The notes beneath the pieces were generated by a model that had not been told where the DNA came from, made no database searches, and was given only the letters and a program-made list of their open reading frames with translations. A DNA stretch of 64,000 nt from an uncultured Bdellovibrio sp. (GTDB lineage Bacteria; Bdellovibrionota; Bdellovibrionia; Bdellovibrionales; Bdellovibrionaceae). Positions 1 to 8,884 of this stretch are shown here, piece by piece (position 1 is the stretch's first letter; each line of letters begins with the position of its first letter). The stretch covers positions 48,019 to 112,018 of the forward strand of contig CAWVRN010000012.1 of the NCBI GenBank assembly GCA_963932905.1. Direction: 5' to 3'. Made by a program: the position numbers and the translations under genes.

Positions 1-547
1 ACATTTTGCCTTCGGATTTATAGCGATAGAAAAAAGCCATTGAAAATAAAATCCACGGCGCCGCCAAAGATTCAAACATCGGGCGAGTTAAAGTAAATGA
101 AGATGCAAAATAGAACGTAAACAGAAACAAGAAAACTTTCTGACACAAATCTTGCCAGCGCTGGGAATTGACGTTGCCGGGTATTTTAAAATCAGAACCA
201 AAATCCCATAAACGAACTGATTGAATAATTTGAAACGACAAAAGGTAGATCAGTAAATTAAAAATCGTGATCAGTAAAATAGTAAATCGATATTGATCGT
301 AGGGATGAAAAATTCCTAGTTTCAGTGCAGCCTGCGCACCTAAATGCATTGGCATTACTTGCAACGGTGATTTTACGTCGGTTTGATCGACCAGATCTGT
401 GTAGGTAGATGTCTGAGCGGGCAGATATTTAACCATGGCGTTCCAGTACTCGTCCGTACCCATGAAACCATCATTAACGAAAGCCACTAACAAAAAGAAA
501 CCAAGAAAAATTACGGTCGGATTTAGTTTTTTAAATAAAGTACTCAT
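1..547 (-). CDS. GT-C fold membrane glycosyltransferase (Alg9/PIG-B, GT22-like); 3' end runs off the window
   Basis: Not in the ORF track. Manual translation from ATG at 547 (overlapping the protease stop, TAATG) is open to position 1: MSTLFKKLNPTVIFLGFFLLVAFVNDGFMGTDEYW...TLTRPMFESLAAPW. TM1 is followed by a DE acidic motif, then further hydrophobic segments. Confidence 0.65.
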   Translation of the reverse strand, partial: MSTLFKKLNPTVIFLGFFLLVAFVNDGFMGTDEYWNAMVKYLPAQTSTYTDLVDQTDVKSPLQVMPMHLGAQAALKLGIFHPYDQYRFTILLITIFNLLIYLLSFQIIQSVRLWDFGSDFKIPGNVNSQRWQDLCQKVFLFLFTFYFASSFTLTRPMFESLAAPWILFSMAFFYRYKSEGKM

Positions 548-1470
548 TATTGCAGCTGTTCTTGTATCCAATCCCAATACGCTGGGATGTAGGTATAAAA
601 TATCTGTCCTTGTTCACACAGCTTTGATTCCGTTGTACTTTCAATATACGAAGCGACACCCATAATTTTATAAGAGCCATTTTGCGCAACTAAAAGTGGC
701 CCACCTGAATCGCCACTGCAACCACCATGGGCGTCCAATTGATTAACGCTGACCAAACCCGAACGATCGATTAAATTCACCGAGTCTTTCACTAGCATCA
801 ATTGATCCCAATTCTTAGTTACATAACGAAGTTCTGGTAAAGAGTCATCCGTTGTATGTGTGCGTCCGTAACCAATCATAACCATTTGGCTGGCGGGATT
901 GTTCATTTCTTGGAGAATATCGACAGGAACCAATGGCAAAGGCGAATAATCGGCAGGCAATAGGCCTTCAAATTTTACTGTGGCGATATCAAAATCAGGT
1001 GACTTGCTAGACGGAGACGTTTTATGGCGATACTGAGGATGAATATTCACGTTATTGGCGGAAAACACCAATCGTTTGTTGAACCCACTAGAGCAAAACA
1101 AGTTAATCGAAGCAATGATCTGAGTCGATATTGTATTCTTTGGAAAACAGTGCGCCGCTGTTAGTACTGTCTTTTCATCAATCAATGTACCTGTACATAA
1201 TGTTGATAAAACTTCGGAACTGAAATCATCTTTTTGAAATCGCGATAGAACCATCACCATATGATTTCTAAGCGGATTTGTTTTATCCGCTATGTAGCCA
1301 TTGACGATGCCGTCAGCGTAACAACCGCGAGAGGCATCAAAAGGATATACCTTTTTTGGGGGTTCTACGGGTTCGGTCTTAGAAACCGTTTCTTTCTTTT
1401 GGCAGCTGACTATTGCTAGGGCGGCCACAACCATCATGAGTATTTTGCGAGGACGATCCATATCCATCAT
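547..1470 (-). CDS. Trypsin-like (S1) serine protease, lipoprotein
   Basis: CTGTLI, TAAHC, DIA and GDSGGP catalytic motifs; lipobox IVSC. Confidence 0.92.
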   Translation of the reverse strand: MMDMDRPRKILMMVVAALAIVSCQKKETVSKTEPVEPPKKVYPFDASRGCYADGIVNGYIADKTNPLRNHMVMVLSRFQKDDFSSEVLSTLCTGTLIDEKTVLTAAHCFPKNTISTQIIASINLFCSSGFNKRLVFSANNVNIHPQYRHKTSPSSKSPDFDIATVKFEGLLPADYSPLPLVPVDILQEMNNPASQMVMIGYGRTHTTDDSLPELRYVTKNWDQLMLVKDSVNLIDRSGLVSVNQLDAHGGCSGDSGGPLLVAQNGSYKIMGVASYIESTTESKLCEQGQIFYTYIPAYWDWIQEQLQ

Positions 1471-1500
1471 ATATTAAGGATAGGCAGTATCAGATAACGC

Positions 1501-1517
1501 TGTCAAAAGATTAGACA
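1501..1517. promoter_or_regulatory. TGTC-N9-GACA palindromic site; overlaps the -35 (TTGACA) of the protease gene
   Basis: tgtcaaaagattagaca; the same motif recurs at 22628 and 35856. Confidence 0.55.
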
Positions 1518-1575
1518 GCTGTCGGGCGTATAATTTTGGAACGGTATAGAAATGGCATCTAATGATGATTCAGAA

Positions 1576-1591
1576 TGGCATGAAAGGCGCA
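1576..1591 (+). promoter_or_regulatory. Putative sigma54 -24/-12 promoter
   Basis: tggcatgaaaggcgca: GG and GC 12 nt apart, just upstream of the AAGGAG RBS and ATG 1616. Confidence 0.5.
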
Positions 1592-1615
1592 ATAACGTTT
1601 GGCAAGGAGCTTTAT

Positions 1616-2539
1616 ATGAAACGTGCTTTTTTAGTGTCTATTGCAGTGTTCACTTTTGTGGTTGCGTGTGGAAAAAAAGATAAAAAGATGGGACAGGCAG
1701 GAAAAGCAGGCGGTCAAGCGCAAACTGATTGTTCTGGCAAAAAAGCAGAAACCGATGAGTGCAAAAAAATCGCGGCAGAGGCAGCAGCTAAAGCTCAGCT
1801 CGGTACACCAATTGACAATGGTGAAGACTTAGCCGCATCGGGTGCTGACATAGCCAAAGACGTGGTCGAAACGATTCCAAATGTGAATGACAAAGTTTTA
1901 AATGAACAATCGAAAATGAGCATCACATTAAGTGATAAAACAGCGTTAGTAGCTGATTTACGAATCAGTGCTGATTCTAGTGATATGATAGCGACTAAAG
2001 TTTTATGCGCCGATATCAAAGATCCAAATGATTTGAAAGAAGTCAACGTAGCCAATCCAGATGATAAAAAGGATATTGGTGCGCATATCTTATTGTTTAA
2101 TAACTCATCGATCGCAGCGGATCTAACTGTGAATAACGGTGACAAAACAGTAAAGCCAAAAACGTATTTATTAACATGCAATAGCAGTTCAAGTGCGAAA
2201 GCGTCTGATTACCTAGATGAAAAAGGAAACTCGAAAGTTAAAGAAGTCGAAGTAAAACAATTAAAAGTCGGTCAGCAGGCTTTTGAAATTATCCAAAAAG
2301 GTACAAGCGCTGATACCGGAGTGTTAGCTTCGTTCGAATGCACTTCCGATAGCGACGTGCTAAAAAGCAAAGTCAAAATGATCGGCAAAAAAGCCGCTAA
2401 TAGAATCCATTTAAGACAAGGTTCATCCGTAATGGTTTTCCGCGCTATCGATGTTAAAGAAGGCGACAAGAAAATCAAAGAACTAGGTTCAGACGCTCAG
2501 AAAGAAGTGAAAAGTACAGTCGTTACTTGTAACGGTTAG
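1616..2539 (+). CDS. Hypothetical lipoprotein with two tandem Cys-pair domains
   Basis: AAGGAG RBS before ATG 1616 (preferred over 1562); lipobox VVAC; internal duplication. Confidence 0.75.
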   Translation: MKRAFLVSIAVFTFVVACGKKDKKMGQAGKAGGQAQTDCSGKKAETDECKKIAAEAAAKAQLGTPIDNGEDLAASGADIAKDVVETIPNVNDKVLNEQSKMSITLSDKTALVADLRISADSSDMIATKVLCADIKDPNDLKEVNVANPDDKKDIGAHILLFNNSSIAADLTVNNGDKTVKPKTYLLTCNSSSSAKASDYLDEKGNSKVKEVEVKQLKVGQQAFEIIQKGTSADTGVLASFECTSDSDVLKSKVKMIGKKAANRIHLRQGSSVMVFRAIDVKEGDKKIKELGSDAQKEVKSTVVTCNG

Positions 2540-2568
2540 TTGGAAATTGAAATAGAATTTGAAGACAA

Positions 2569-2600
2569 GGCGATGCTTGGATAAGCGTCGCTTTTTTTTT
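2569..2600 (+). terminator. Intrinsic terminator
   Basis: ggcgatgctt-ggat-aagcgtcgct stem-loop followed by a T run. Confidence 0.8.
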
Positions 2601-2728
2601 GGATATGCTTAGATGTAGAAGTTAGGACTTGATCTGAAAGTCCCTGCAATTAGTTTATATATCGTCTGACGGTCATTGAAGTAATGGCACATATTGTACC
2701 GAGGCGCTGCTAGTGGTACGCTCATAAT

Positions 2729-3718
2729 ATGAGCGACAGAAAACTGATTTTTAAAAATGATCGTGCCGCCGCGGCGTTTGGCAAATTTCGGGATCGTATT
2801 TACTTCGAAATTTCAGCACAGAAAGGGAGCCGCTTCGCGAGCCATTCTACCTGGCTGAAAGCCATTTTCCTCTTTACGGGTTCGGTCGTAAGTTACTCTG
2901 AATTATTAGTAGGTGCTTCTAATCCTAAAACGTCGTTACTTTTGGGTTTGGTATCCGGGGTCTCGATTCTCCTTTTCGCACTGAATGCCTCTCACGATGC
3001 CGCTCACGGTGCATTCTCGCGGCATCCTTGGATTAATACCATCGTGCTCTACATCCCTTTTAGCATCCTTGGTGTTGATCCCGAAATGTGGCGGATAAGA
3101 CATCTGAAATCGCTTCATAAATTCCCGAATATCGACCACTGCGATGCCGACATTGATGAAAATCCGTTTGTTCGCCTTTGACCCAATCAGCCCAAAAAAT
3201 GGTGGCACCGATTCCAGCACTGGTACGCGTGGTTTTTGTACTTGGTAGTCGCATTTCATGCCGCATGGATTTAAGACCTCAATTATATGAAACGCGAAAG
3301 TCTTGCCAACATGGATGACTGGCACGAAAAAACACCCTCATGGATGCGATTCCTTACCCTCAAAGTTCCGCACGTTTTCGTCTTTTATGTTCTTCCACTC
3401 ATTGGAACTCACTTTTCTAGCGAGGCCGTGTTTCCTAAGATCGTTAATGGTCACGTCGGCTGCAGCTACGTCTCTCATCAGTTAATCACAAGTGTGGACT
3501 GGTACCCTTTTTCACAATTTTGGTGTGGAATTATCGGTGGACTTAATGCTCATGCCGCTCATCACCTCTTTCCGAAAGTAAGTCACCGTCACTATTTTTG
3601 GATTTCCGGAGCCATCGGTGAGTTTTGCCGAGAAAATGATCTAGTTCACAATCATGTCGGCTTACTAAAGGCGATTCGCAGTCATTTCAATTTTTTGAAA
3701 CACCTTTCGCGCAATTGA
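2729..3718 (+). pseudogene. Fatty acid desaturase pseudogene
   Basis: His boxes HDAAH and HAAHH, with a degraded second box (RHLKSLH). One frame is interrupted by TGA 3179-3181 and TAA 3272-3274; the read-through segment PNQPKKWWHRFQHWY is typical desaturase sequence. Confidence 0.85.
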
Positions 3719-4040
3719 TTGAGGCAAAGAACCATACATTCTGACTTCGATGCCGCCCGCACTTGCCTAGCTTTCTCGGCCAGACTATGGCGTTTACACG
3801 CCGCTTGGCCATCTCTACTTAGCTTTTTGAAGCCCCGGTATCGGAAAGAACGGCGAAGTTCCAGACCTCGCCCATCGCGGATCGAAGTGCCATTCTCGGT
3901 TTCGTTTCTAGATCACTGACAATGAAATTCAATAGCCAATGTTTCATAGAACCGATTGGCATGGGCTCCGTGATTATTTCGACACTGTCCAGTCATTAGA
4001 GCTCAGGTAAGCATATCCAGGCTGCGATAATTAAGTAGGG

Positions 4041-4379
4041 CTAGTAATCACACCAGCCATTGTAACTGTGATCATCAGAAAGTGCGCCAGTTTTCAGACT
4101 ATAGCAGAACGACCTATAGGCAGCGAAACAATTTGGAGCACTGGGGTGTGGTTCGGCATTATAGTCTATACAACATGTGTAAGGATCAAGAGATCTAGTC
4201 TGACTATTATAGGCTGAAATAGCTTTAACAAAAGGACGAGGCTTTCGTAGAATTTCGTTTCTAGTGACTAAGAGAACTCTGTTTTTTACAGCGGGAGCTT
4301 TGCAAAACTCGTTTGCCCTGCAAATATTAACCCCTAAAATCACTAACATGATGTTTGCCAATAAGATTTCTTTTTTCAT
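4041..4379 (-). CDS. Small exported Cys-rich hypothetical protein
   Basis: Signal-peptide-like N-terminus, several Cys, AGGA RBS; follows the ABM gene. Confidence 0.6.
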   Translation of the reverse strand: MKKEILLANIMLVILGVNICRANEFCKAPAVKNRVLLVTRNEILRKPRPFVKAISAYNSQTRSLDPYTCCIDYNAEPHPSAPNCFAAYRSFCYSLKTGALSDDHSYNGWCDY

Positions 4380-4398
4380 TTTTCGTCCTAATAGGTTT

Positions 4399-4797
4399 TT
4401 AATTAATAATCTGAACGGTTTGGCCTTTTACCTCGAAAGAGTCCAAAAACGAGTCTGCTGAGTTGGCTTTAATTTCGTTAAAAAATTTCCGCATATGTTC
4501 CGATTTTTCTTTATGCTCAATAAGCATAGCTTCTTTGCTTTTCCAAATTTCATGAAATTCAAATCGATTAGTTGCTTTCCCGTGTTCATCTATAATTTGG
4601 TACCCATAGTAGGAAATACAGCTGGCTTCCTTACGAGTGGGTTCGATGATTTTGGATACCGCTCTTTTAAATTCTTTTAGTTTTTCTGGCTTTACGACTA
4701 AAATTGCTGAGCCTTGCCATACCGTCTCCGCATGAGAGATGTTTGTCGTCATCACCCCAAATATTATTAGTAAAATATTCACTACTTTCATTTTCAC
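4399..4797 (-). CDS. Antibiotic biosynthesis monooxygenase (ABM) / putative quinol monooxygenase family protein with signal peptide
   Basis: TRKEASCISY, FHEIWKSKEA..H and SEH pattern; AAGGAG RBS. Confidence 0.8.
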   Translation of the reverse strand: MKMKVVNILLIIFGVMTTNISHAETVWQGSAILVVKPEKLKEFKRAVSKIIEPTRKEASCISYYGYQIIDEHGKATNRFEFHEIWKSKEAMLIEHKEKSEHMRKFFNEIKANSADSFLDSFEVKGQTVQIIN

Positions 4798-4881
4798 TCC
4801 TTGTTAGAAAATCCATTTACATTTACCTGAATGGTCTGTAAATCAGTATAAATAGAACAAAGTTATAAGGAAATTTCGAAT

Positions 4882-5772
4882 ATGATCACTTTTGATAGAC
4901 TCCGTTATTTTGTTGAAGTAGCGACCACCGAGCACGTAGGTAATGCTGCCAAGATATTAGCAATAAGTCCGAGCGTAATTAGTTCGGCGATTCGCGAACT
5001 AGAGGAAGAGTTTGAATGCCAATTATTTGCTCGCCAGAAGCAACGAATTAAATTAACGGAACGAGGTCAAGTTCTTCTCGAAAAGGCTAGAGGCATTTTG
5101 AAAGAAACAAATCAGCTCTACAATGATATCTCGGCTGAAAATTTTAAATTTAAAGGACACTATAAAGTTGGAGCGAGTCACTTCCTCATGCAGGAGTATT
5201 TAATTCCAGTCTTTCTTGAAATTCAGCGAGATCATCCACAGCTCACAATTGAATTCATTTCACTTGATGCTGGAGTCGCCGTGTCTCATTTGCTTTCAGG
5301 AGAACTGGATGCCGCACTTATTTTTAGATCTTCATACTATAATGAGCTAGAAGAGACAGTTCTCTATAATGGGCAGTTCCAAATTGCCTTAAGGAAAAAC
5401 CATCCTATTTTTAAATTACCTAGCAGTATGATCAGCAAAAGCCTAAATGAATTACCAGCAATTACATTTAGAACTTTTGCAGGTCCTAATTTTTGGGAAA
5501 ATCATCCTGCATTTAAAGATATTGGACTTACCCCAAGGCATGCTTATTTTTATGGCGATACGCAAGCAGCCCTTCAGCTTTTAAAGTCGACTGATGGGTG
5601 GGCCTTTTTGCCTGATAAGATTATCAATAAGCATAAGAGTATTCGTAAAGTGAGTCTAACCCGCGTATTAAAGGCGCCAGTCAATATCTCATTTGTAACA
5701 AAGAAGGAGCGCGCTAATAAATTCATCGATCATTTAAAAGGCGTTCTGCAATCAAAGATTAAAAAGTACTAA
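4882..5772 (+). CDS. LysR family transcriptional regulator
   Basis: N-terminal LRYF...AAKILAISPSVISSAIRELEEE...LTERG HTH; divergent from the ABM operon. Confidence 0.95.
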   Translation: MITFDRLRYFVEVATTEHVGNAAKILAISPSVISSAIRELEEEFECQLFARQKQRIKLTERGQVLLEKARGILKETNQLYNDISAENFKFKGHYKVGASHFLMQEYLIPVFLEIQRDHPQLTIEFISLDAGVAVSHLLSGELDAALIFRSSYYNELEETVLYNGQFQIALRKNHPIFKLPSSMISKSLNELPAITFRTFAGPNFWENHPAFKDIGLTPRHAYFYGDTQAALQLLKSTDGWAFLPDKIINKHKSIRKVSLTRVLKAPVNISFVTKKERANKFIDHLKGVLQSKIKKY

Positions 5773-5975
5773 TTAAAATGCGTTTCAATTCATCCAGGTC
5801 GAACCTTGCTGACCAGGCCAAAGTGAAATAACGTCACTCTGCCAGACCTGGCTGACCTTACAAATATGTGCCATTCTATCGTTTTGAGATTTGAGGTAAA
5901 TGGCGGGATAATTTCCGCCATCGTCCAGTTATGAATGCCCAATCAAATTGTTCGACTAGTGAGAAATAGGTAGAA

Positions 5976-6392
5976 TTATTGGACCTGACATGAGAGTGAT
6001 GTTGAGACGAGGTAGTTGCTTTTATCTTCTAATTTATTAAAGAACTGTGCGGCACCGGTTTGTTTGTCAATTTTTAGTGCCCGGATGGCTTTTGAACAAG
6101 AAGGATTTATGGGCGTATGTTTGGGACACCATACATATGTTAATTCTAGAGTGGAAGGAGTCTCAACTTCCGCTATTTTTTGTAAATCCATATAGACCGG
6201 AGTTTTAAAGGGCGGATTAGCTATAGTTACATAAAGATCTGCCTCTAATCCATAGGTTTTAAATATCTCTGGTTGTACATTGGTGATTTCAGTCTTTTCG
6301 TTATAAACAATACCCTTACAATGAAGTGAATTAATGCTCGCATAACTTATTCCAGCACTAATAAATACGATAATACCTAAAATTGATTTCAT
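5976..6392 (-). CDS. Exported hypothetical protein
   Basis: GGAGG RBS, signal peptide ending SYA, four Cys. Confidence 0.65.
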   Translation of the reverse strand: MKSILGIIVFISAGISYASINSLHCKGIVYNEKTEITNVQPEIFKTYGLEADLYVTIANPPFKTPVYMDLQKIAEVETPSTLELTYVWCPKHTPINPSCSKAIRALKIDKQTGAAQFFNKLEDKSNYLVSTSLSCQVQ

Positions 6393-6699
6393 ACATCCTC
6401 CAAGTATAAATTGTTCCTGTGCAAGGGTTACTGGTCAACGAAAGAATGATTAACACGAAATTAATGTCATCTCGCCTAAGCTTTCCTGATCACCTTTATG
6501 CGAAATAAGCGGGAAACTACTTAACTGGGCGTTCTATTCAACAAGTGCCTTATTATTTCCGATTGCTCGATGAAATCGAAACCTCGTATAAGAAGTGTCA
6601 GATCAAGTCCTAACTTCTACAGCTTAGATGATACAATCCCAGTCTACATGACCGAACCAAATCCATCAGCCTCACTCCCGCAAGACCAACCATCATTCC

Positions 6700-7245
6700 C
6701 TAATGATGTTTCTTATGCAACAAATTTTCCGTATAAGCCAGCATCACCGAGCTCAGTAGAAAAACCACATGTATGATCACTTGCCACATGATTTGATCTT
6801 GGGATTTGTCTTTAATATTGATGAAAGATTTTAATAGGTGAATACCGGAAATTCCGACTAGGGCAGTTGCTAGTTTTACCTTCAGGGCACCGGCGTCGAT
6901 TTTATCTAGCCAGTCGGGTTTGTCGGCGTGGCCTTGCAGATCGATACGACTGACAAATGTGGCGTATCCGCCGATGATGACCATCACCAAAAGGTTTGCG
7001 ACCATTGTGATATCTACCAATGTCAGCACGCCTAACATCAGTACTTCTTCGGTGATTGTGTTTACCGTGGAAACCAAATGAATCAATTCGATCAAAAATT
7101 TATAGGCATACAGCACGCCGGCGACGATTAGTCCAACATACAGGGGAGCTTGAAACCAGCGGCTGGAAAAAATTAGGTTTTCTAATGCGGATTCGAATTG
7201 TTTTTTCATGGGTCTATACAAATCTAATTCGGTGTCGTTTGTCAA
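6700..7245 (-). CDS. UPF0114/YqhA (TIGR00645) family membrane protein
   Basis: SRWFQAPLYVGL, IIGGYATFVSRID, LKVKLA..I..IHLL. Confidence 0.9.
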   Translation of the reverse strand: MTNDTELDLYRPMKKQFESALENLIFSSRWFQAPLYVGLIVAGVLYAYKFLIELIHLVSTVNTITEEVLMLGVLTLVDITMVANLLVMVIIGGYATFVSRIDLQGHADKPDWLDKIDAGALKVKLATALVGISGIHLLKSFINIKDKSQDQIMWQVIIHVVFLLSSVMLAYTENLLHKKHH

Positions 7246-7254
7246 AATAATATT

Positions 7255-8778
7255 TTATTTCGTGATTGTGCTTTTTAATTTTTCTGCGGCAGCGAAAATG
7301 GTTTTCTTTTTCTTTGAATCCATTTTTTCAACTGTGCGGGCCATCATCGACAGGCGTGGATTCTTTAAAAAGAAAGCCTTATGTTTTTCTATAAATCCCC
7401 AATACAAACCGTCCACACCATCACACCATGGCTCACTGGCTTTATAACCACCCATTTTACGATAGTAGTTGGAACCACAGAAATAAGGTTTTGTCGCAAA
7501 TATCCCTCCGTCAGCGAATAAGGCCATGCCATAAACATTCGGTCCCATCACCCAATCAGAACTATCGATAAACATTTCCATAAACCATTTGTGAGCCTCT
7601 GTTGGGTCAACCTCTAAAAGTAACATAAGGCTTCCGATGATCATCAATCGTTCGATATGGTGAGCATAACCATAGCGAACAGTTTTTCGAATCGCGTGAT
7701 CCAGCGGCGCCACCCCCGTGTTTCCCTTGTACCAATGATCCGTTAGTTTTCTGTTGTGCTTGAAGAAATTAGTGGACTCTTGTTTTTCAGAATAATTTTG
7801 ATAGATGCCTCGGATGAATTCACGCCATCCAATCACTTGGCGAATGAATCCTTCGGTTGATGCGATTGGTATTTTGTTGTCTTTGGCATACGCTAGTGTT
7901 TCCTGCACCACTTCCGATGGTGTCAGCAGCCCTGTGTTTAAAAAAGGCGTTAACACCGAATGAAAAACAAAATCGCTGTGTTGGGGGATCGCATCTTCGT
8001 ACGGGCCAAATTGCAGCAAACGATCGTCTAAGAATCGTTTTAGCCAAGCCTTGGCCCCTTTACGATCCACGGGTAGCCAAAAATTTTGCGACTGTCCCGG
8101 GTGTTTAGAAAATAACTCGTCCGTGATTTTGATCACATCCCAAGTGATATCGCTGGTCCTTACCAAAGGTACATCTGGTGGCACTATTTTATCTGGCAGA
8201 GCCAATCGGTTGTCGACGTCAAAACTCCATTGTCCACCGACGGGTTGGTCATTTTTATCCACCAATATTTTCAAACGTTTTCTTTGTTGTTCATAAAACG
8301 TTTTCATAAACGGCTTTTTAGTTTTGCCGAGATAGTTTTTAAATTCAGTCCGTCCCGTTAGAAACATAGGACTAGGTAAAACGGTTACATTCAATTTTAA
8401 TCGGCTAAAGAGTTTCATCAGTCGTGTTTCGAAAAACTTGTCCTCTATTTCAAAGATAGAAACCGAGGTGATTTTTTTTGACGTTATGAATGTCTCGAGT
8501 GATTTTTCATAAGATCCAGAATCTGGTGCGAGTTTTTCATAGTGAACGGCGATTTTTTTTGAAGTCAGCTCTTGGGCAAAGGTTCTCATCGCCGCAAGGA
8601 AAAAAATAATTTTGTGCTTATGAAACTTGTAATAGGTGCACAGTTCTTGATCTTCGCGCATAAACACATAATCAATATTTTCCAAATCGGTTTGGGCTGC
8701 TTTTAAGTCAAACAATTGGTTTCCTAGAATGACCAAAAGTGATTTTGATTTCGACGTGTCAGTTGAAAGTGTTTTCAT
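7255..8778 (-). CDS. Bacterial cryptochrome/(6-4) photolyase family protein (PhrB/CryB-like) lacking most Fe-S cysteines
   Basis: ILGNQLF, HKHKI, GGQWSFD..NR, FGPYEDA, RQVIGWREF, GYAHHIERLM, WVM.PNV.GM, KPY. Confidence 0.9.
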   Translation of the reverse strand: MKTLSTDTSKSKSLLVILGNQLFDLKAAQTDLENIDYVFMREDQELCTYYKFHKHKIIFFLAAMRTFAQELTSKKIAVHYEKLAPDSGSYEKSLETFITSKKITSVSIFEIEDKFFETRLMKLFSRLKLNVTVLPSPMFLTGRTEFKNYLGKTKKPFMKTFYEQQRKRLKILVDKNDQPVGGQWSFDVDNRLALPDKIVPPDVPLVRTSDITWDVIKITDELFSKHPGQSQNFWLPVDRKGAKAWLKRFLDDRLLQFGPYEDAIPQHSDFVFHSVLTPFLNTGLLTPSEVVQETLAYAKDNKIPIASTEGFIRQVIGWREFIRGIYQNYSEKQESTNFFKHNRKLTDHWYKGNTGVAPLDHAIRKTVRYGYAHHIERLMIIGSLMLLLEVDPTEAHKWFMEMFIDSSDWVMGPNVYGMALFADGGIFATKPYFCGSNYYRKMGGYKASEPWCDGVDGLYWGFIEKHKAFFLKNPRLSMMARTVEKMDSKKKKTIFAAAEKLKSTITK

Positions 8779-8884
8779 AAGAAATTTGTCCTTTGCCAGG
8801 GATCAGACTATACTAGCAGAGCAGAAAAGATGACAATTCTCTAATCAAATTGTGATATAGCAAACCGGATCTGGATTGGCTCAC

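Noticed and set aside
3179..3181. TGA read-through or alternative genetic code in the desaturase
   Set aside because: A TAA also interrupts the frame, a His box is damaged, and TGA is a normal stop elsewhere (recG, beta-helix gene).
3719..3990. ORF 3719-3919 (+), or a regulator remnant on the minus strand
   Set aside because: No RBS or recognisable motif; the minus-strand frames are interrupted and unassignable.
5901..5920. tggcggga-taat-ttccgcca hairpin as a REP element of the RAYT
   Set aside because: Single copy, no similarity to the transposase inverted repeats; more likely a terminator-like or chance hairpin.
6440..6776. ORF 6570-6776 and neighbouring short frames
   Set aside because: Overlaps the yqhA-like gene antisense, low complexity, no RBS; probably scar DNA.
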